A stretch of DNA of 64,000 bases from a bacterium (GTDB lineage: Bacteria > Zhuqueibacterota > Zhuqueibacteria > Zhuqueibacterales > Zhuqueibacteraceae), in NCBI GenBank assembly GCA_044869275.1, contig JBIOXB010000139.1, forward strand, positions 1 through 64,000, in the 5' to 3' direction. This document shows positions 60,165 through 64,000 of the stretch, in pieces (within the stretch, counting starts at the first letter, position 1; every line of letters begins with the position of its first letter). The notes under the pieces are model-generated. The model had not been told where the DNA came from. It saw only the letters and a list, made by a program, of their open reading frames with translations, and ran no database searches. The position numbers and the translations under genes were made by a program.

Positions 60165-60196
60165 GGGCATTTAATTCCGCAACAAGGAGCTTCGCC

Positions 60197-60946
60197 ATGA
60201 AACCTGTTCTCCTGCTTTTTGCCTTTTGCTTTTTGTTGTTTGCTCTTTGCCTCTTGCCTTTTGCCGCTGGAGCGCAAACGGCCCGGGAAATTGTCGAGGC
60301 CTCGGATGACGCGCGCAATCTCAGTCAGTCTTTCAAAATGGCGATGCGCCTCACGGATTTTGAAAACGAAAAACAAAAGGACCAGGCTGAGTTCGAAGTG
60401 ATGGTCTCCGGCCGTGACAAGGGACTGGTAAAATTCGCCTCCGGACGCAATAAAGGCAATTATCTGTTGATGGCAGGCGACGACATGTGGATTTACCTCC
60501 CCAACACGCGCCTGCCGATTCGCATCACACCGATGCAACGCCTCATGGGCGACGCCAGCAACGGCGACGTCGCGCGTACCAATTATTCCCAGGATTACGA
60601 CGCCACCCTGCTCGGCGAAGAAACCCGTGAGGGTGTGAACTGCTGGCGGCTCGAGTTGAAAGCCAAATCCAAAGCGGCGACTTATCACCGCATTGAATAT
60701 TGGGTCGAGAAGGGAACGTTTCTGCCCACACGCGCCGACTTTTATCTCCTCTCCGGCAAGTTCTATAAGACGGCGCTCTTCGAGAAATTCGAGCCAAATT
60801 CGTTTGCTGATCGCTTTCTCACCCGCACGGTGCTGATCGATCGATTGCGGCCCGGCCGCAAAACCGTGATGGAGTATTTCCATGTGCGACCGGAAGACAT
60901 TCCCGACAAATATTTCAACAAGAATTATCTGCCGAATCTGGAGTAA
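60197..60946 (+). CDS. Outer-membrane lipoprotein-sorting (LolA-like) protein
   Basis: AGGAG RBS, signal peptide, DDMWIYLP...PIRITPMQRLMGDASNGD, YHRIEYWV. Confidence 0.82.
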   Translation: MKPVLLLFAFCFLLFALCLLPFAAGAQTAREIVEASDDARNLSQSFKMAMRLTDFENEKQKDQAEFEVMVSGRDKGLVKFASGRNKGNYLLMAGDDMWIYLPNTRLPIRITPMQRLMGDASNGDVARTNYSQDYDATLLGEETREGVNCWRLELKAKSKAATYHRIEYWVEKGTFLPTRADFYLLSGKFYKTALFEKFEPNSFADRFLTRTVLIDRLRPGRKTVMEYFHVRPEDIPDKYFNKNYLPNLE

Positions 60947-62222
60947 TTCCGCGGCAGTTGCCGGAGTGATGCTCGCGGCTGCACTGCCCCTGTGGGCGCA
61001 AGCGCTGAGAGTGAATGGTGTCCTGTTTCACGAGACGGCTTATTGCGACCGCCGTGAAGAATCTCTCTACAATCCGCAGAATCGTCTGCTCCAGCTCGAG
61101 GATCGCAGCCATCTGGTCGCTGCCGAGGTCAATGCCGGGATTCATTTGGTCAGAGGGCTGGCGTTGCGATCTTTCGTGCAAGCGCGCCTTCAAAGTGAGC
61201 GCGATACACAGCCGCATTTGTTTCTACGCGAGCTCGCTTTGAGGCTTTCACCAGCCCGTGTTTTTGATTTGACCATTGGTCGCACGATTCTCAAATGGGG
61301 CACGGGCTACGCCTTCAACCCCACGGGCGTGATTGAGCCGCCTCGTAATCCCGCGGATCCCTCCGATCGCCTGCATCGTTTTCGCGGCCTTGATCTCGCG
61401 CAAGCGGATTTTTATTTCGCGGCCGGCACCGCGACCGTGGTTTATCTCAATACCCTCAATGACCATGGTGCGTGGCGAATGAAAAATGACCATCGTCTCG
61501 CCGTGCGGCTGAACACGCTGGTGCAAGGCTTCGATGTTGCGCTGATTGGTTTTTGGGGAAAGCACCAGCGCGGCCGCTTTGGCTGCAACTTCACCAAAGT
61601 AATCGGCGGAGCCTTGGAGATTCACGGCGAATTCCTCGGCCAGCGAGGTTCCGCAACGCCGCAGCACCTTATTGCTACGGTGGATGCTCCGGACACGCTG
61701 TTTCGCTTTCCGCCTTATGCGCCTCTGTTTGAGCACAGGTTCAATGGTAAGTATCTGGCAGGATTTCAGTACACGCTCGCCGGCGGCGTCAATCTGGCCA
61801 TGGAATACTTTCACAATGATGAAGGCATGAATGGCGACGATTGGCAGCGCTTTCTCGACTATCTTCTTTTTGCCAATCGCGAGCTTTCCAATTCCCGCTG
61901 GAACAGCCCCGCCGGCAATCTGGCAGCGGCGAATTTGTTGTGGTCAACCGGCGTGTTGTCCGCCACCGGCAGCACGCGGGATTATCTGTTCGGGCGGTGT
62001 TATTTCCCTGAAATTTTCTCAAGGCGCGTTTCCGGCGAGTTCATTGCGCTCAGAAATTTGCATGATGGCTCGACGGTTGTCATCCCGGCTCTTTCGGTTT
62101 ATTTGGGCCACGAAGTTTCCGTTTCCCTGCGCTGGAACGGATTTCTCGGCCATCGCGAATCGGAGTACGGCGAATCATTATATCGCAGCGTGACCAGCCT
62201 TGGGCTGTCGTGGAAATTTTGA
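60882..62222 (+). CDS. Probable outer-membrane beta-barrel protein
   Basis: IGRTILKWGTGYAFNPT, EYFHN, terminal aromatic strand LGLSWKF; true start uncertain (60882-60969). Confidence 0.75.
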   Translation: MCDRKTFPTNISTRIICRIWSNSAAVAGVMLAAALPLWAQALRVNGVLFHETAYCDRREESLYNPQNRLLQLEDRSHLVAAEVNAGIHLVRGLALRSFVQARLQSERDTQPHLFLRELALRLSPARVFDLTIGRTILKWGTGYAFNPTGVIEPPRNPADPSDRLHRFRGLDLAQADFYFAAGTATVVYLNTLNDHGAWRMKNDHRLAVRLNTLVQGFDVALIGFWGKHQRGRFGCNFTKVIGGALEIHGEFLGQRGSATPQHLIATVDAPDTLFRFPPYAPLFEHRFNGKYLAGFQYTLAGGVNLAMEYFHNDEGMNGDDWQRFLDYLLFANRELSNSRWNSPAGNLAAANLLWSTGVLSATGSTRDYLFGRCYFPEIFSRRVSGEFIALRNLHDGSTVVIPALSVYLGHEVSVSLRWNGFLGHRESEYGESLYRSVTSLGLSWKF

Positions 62223-62473
62223 CGCCCAGCTCAATGATAAGCTTTGTCTTGACGATTAATTTTTCCTATATTTTTGTGCACAACAGCCTGACTCTGCCAA
62301 ACTGATTTGAGAATGCCAGTTTTGTTTGTCATTCCGTTAGGAATCTTCCCCCAAATGTCCGAGAAAACTCGAGAAGCTAACTCAGATTGTTTCTGAATAA
62401 CCATTGCGAGTTCAGTGCTGAAGTCCAGAGCTGAACCTTCTGGTAATGGTTATGAAAGTATTAAGAGCACAAA

Positions 62474-63571
62474 ATGCCGATCCGGCTGACCACACTGCAC
62501 ACGCGCCTTCGTGATTCCTGGACCTGGAAAGAGTTCCGGATGGTGCTCTTCATCAATGTCCTGATTACGTGCCTGCTTTTTTTTGTCTATGTCGATTTCA
62601 GAACCGCGGGCTGGTTCGAAGACGTCCTCCGGGTGTTTATTTTCACACAGGCGATTGGCATTTCGATTTACTTTTTTATTTGCTTCAGCGATATTTGGTC
62701 CGTTCGCAGCCTCTGGAAGCGATCCGCCGGCTTGACCCTGCTTTTCATATTAGCGGGCTGGACCGGAACACTCGTCGCATTGGGAATCGATTATTTGATC
62801 TTTACTGAGCATCCGGATCATCTCGGCAAATTGTTTGTCGACAACACCCTGATGGCCTTGCTGTTTGGCGCCACGGCCACCAGCTACTTCGTTTTGCGTA
62901 GCCGCTTCGAAGAAGCGATTACGCAACTCGCGGAAAAGGAAGTCAACGAACAGCGTCTTTTGAGATTGAAAACCAAAGCCGAGCTCGAAGCACTGCGTGC
63001 GAAAATAGATCCGCACTTCCTTTTCAATGCGCTCAATTCCATCTCCAGCCTGATTCCGGTGGATCCGCCGCGCGCGGAAGAAATGGTGCAGCGCTTGTCG
63101 CACCTCTTTCGCTACACCTTGGATGCGAGCCATCACGAAACCGTGCGCTTGTCCGAGGAATTGCGCTCAGTACGGGAATATTTGGAGATTGAAAAAGTGC
63201 GCCTGGGCGAGCGCCTCTCCTATGAGATTGTTGCCGAGAACGAATTGTCAAACGTGCCGTTGCCGGGCTTGCTCTTGCAGCCTCTGGTGGAGAACAGCGT
63301 GAAACACGGCCTGGCGCACAGCAAAAACGGCGGACGGATTACGATTCATTGCCGGCGGGAAAACGACATGTGCCGGATTGAAGTCAATGACACCGGAAAA
63401 GGATTTGATGAGGTAACTAGGCAGGAAGGCTTTGGCTTAAGCAGCGTGCGCGAGCGGCTGGCATTGCATTATGGGAATGCTCACGAATTTCAGCTCACCC
63501 ATGAGAACGGCGTGCAAATCGTCATGCGCTTGCCTTTAAGCATAAACGGAGCGAGCGGTGAGGCGTTATAG
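62474..63571 (+). CDS. LytS/YehU-family sensor histidine kinase
   Basis: 4 TMs, ALRAKIDPHFLFNALN, YLEIEKVR, LLQPLVENSVKHG, DTGKG, GFGL. Confidence 0.94.
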   Translation: MPIRLTTLHTRLRDSWTWKEFRMVLFINVLITCLLFFVYVDFRTAGWFEDVLRVFIFTQAIGISIYFFICFSDIWSVRSLWKRSAGLTLLFILAGWTGTLVALGIDYLIFTEHPDHLGKLFVDNTLMALLFGATATSYFVLRSRFEEAITQLAEKEVNEQRLLRLKTKAELEALRAKIDPHFLFNALNSISSLIPVDPPRAEEMVQRLSHLFRYTLDASHHETVRLSEELRSVREYLEIEKVRLGERLSYEIVAENELSNVPLPGLLLQPLVENSVKHGLAHSKNGGRITIHCRRENDMCRIEVNDTGKGFDEVTRQEGFGLSSVRERLALHYGNAHEFQLTHENGVQIVMRLPLSINGASGEAL

Positions 63572-64000
63572 CACCATTTTGATCGAGGACGAGCCACTGG
63601 CTTTGCAGCGTCTGGAGCGTTTGCTGCAACCCTACAGGGAGATCATCGCCGTCGTCGATCGCGCGGCCGACGGCGAAGCGGCGGTGGCAAAGATCAACGC
63701 GCAGCAGCCCGATTTGATTTTTTTGGACATTCAAATGCCGGAGCTGAACGGCTTTGAGGTTTTGGCGCGCATTCAGCATTTGCCGTGGATCATTTTTTCC
63801 ACGGCTTACGACGAGTACGCGCTCAAGGCTTTCGAAACGAACGCCATCGATTATCTGCTCAAGCCCGTCGATCCGGAGCGCCTGCGCCGCGCCGTGGAGA
63901 AATTGCAGCGTTTGACGGGTGAAGAGAAAAAGGCGTGGCCGGAGCAATTACAACAGTTGCTGGCGGCATTCAAACAACCCGCGCTCAAGCGTTTGCAGGT
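63558..64000 (+). CDS. LytTR-family response regulator (runs off the window)
   Basis: GTG start, ILIEDEPLA, FLDIQMP, FSTAYDEYALKAFE, DYLLKP; overlaps the kinase end. Confidence 0.9.
   Translation, partial: MRRYSTILIEDEPLALQRLERLLQPYREIIAVVDRAADGEAAVAKINAQQPDLIFLDIQMPELNGFEVLARIQHLPWIIFSTAYDEYALKAFETNAIDYLLKPVDPERLRRAVEKLQRLTGEEKKAWPEQLQQLLAAFKQPALKRLQ

Noticed and set aside
1..64000. tRNA, rRNA, prophage or transposase genes
   Set aside because: None recognised by eye; a covariance or HMM scan was not possible

Overview
GC-rich bacterial chromosomal window, mostly housekeeping genes. The gene content (tat/gat/pur/psd-pssA run, long-form IspG, GxxExxY remnant, intergenic heptamer/octamer repeats) suggests a diderm of the FCB/KSB1-Calditrichota type; this is inference only. 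1-15 kb (minus): MacAB-like exporter, threonine synthase, broken GxxExxY gene, gatBA, two tatA/B, DUF4321, purQS, pssA-psd, a divergent purC, purB, transaldolase, truA, ecfT. 15-21 kb (plus): OPT transporter/peptidase operon behind a ~280-nt highly structured leader. 21-36 kb: M16 peptidase, desaturase/MBL-rhodanese/TusA cluster, fabF, ppk1. 37-50 kb: nitrilase, EF-P with a non-canonical NPGNW loop, a rod-like structured intergenic element, AmpG-like MFS with a large insert, ppx, ispG, and a luxE-luxC-class III aminotransferase trio. 50.3-56 kb: accessory islet with only the T6SS membrane-complex genes (tssJ-tssL-tssM, no tssK), then an unannotated 29-aa PAAR fragment, an orphan HicB and a TIR fragment. 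57-64 kb: ABC exporter/LolA-like/beta-barrel module and a LytS/LytTR pair, with a candidate LytTR box upstream. Best leads: the stand-alone TssJLM(+PAAR) module, two candidate structured RNAs (15170-15400 and 39797-40001), the LuxE/LuxC/aminotransferase cassette, and probable pseudo-enzymes (PurC, second M29). All family calls are motif recognition by eye; no searches were run.
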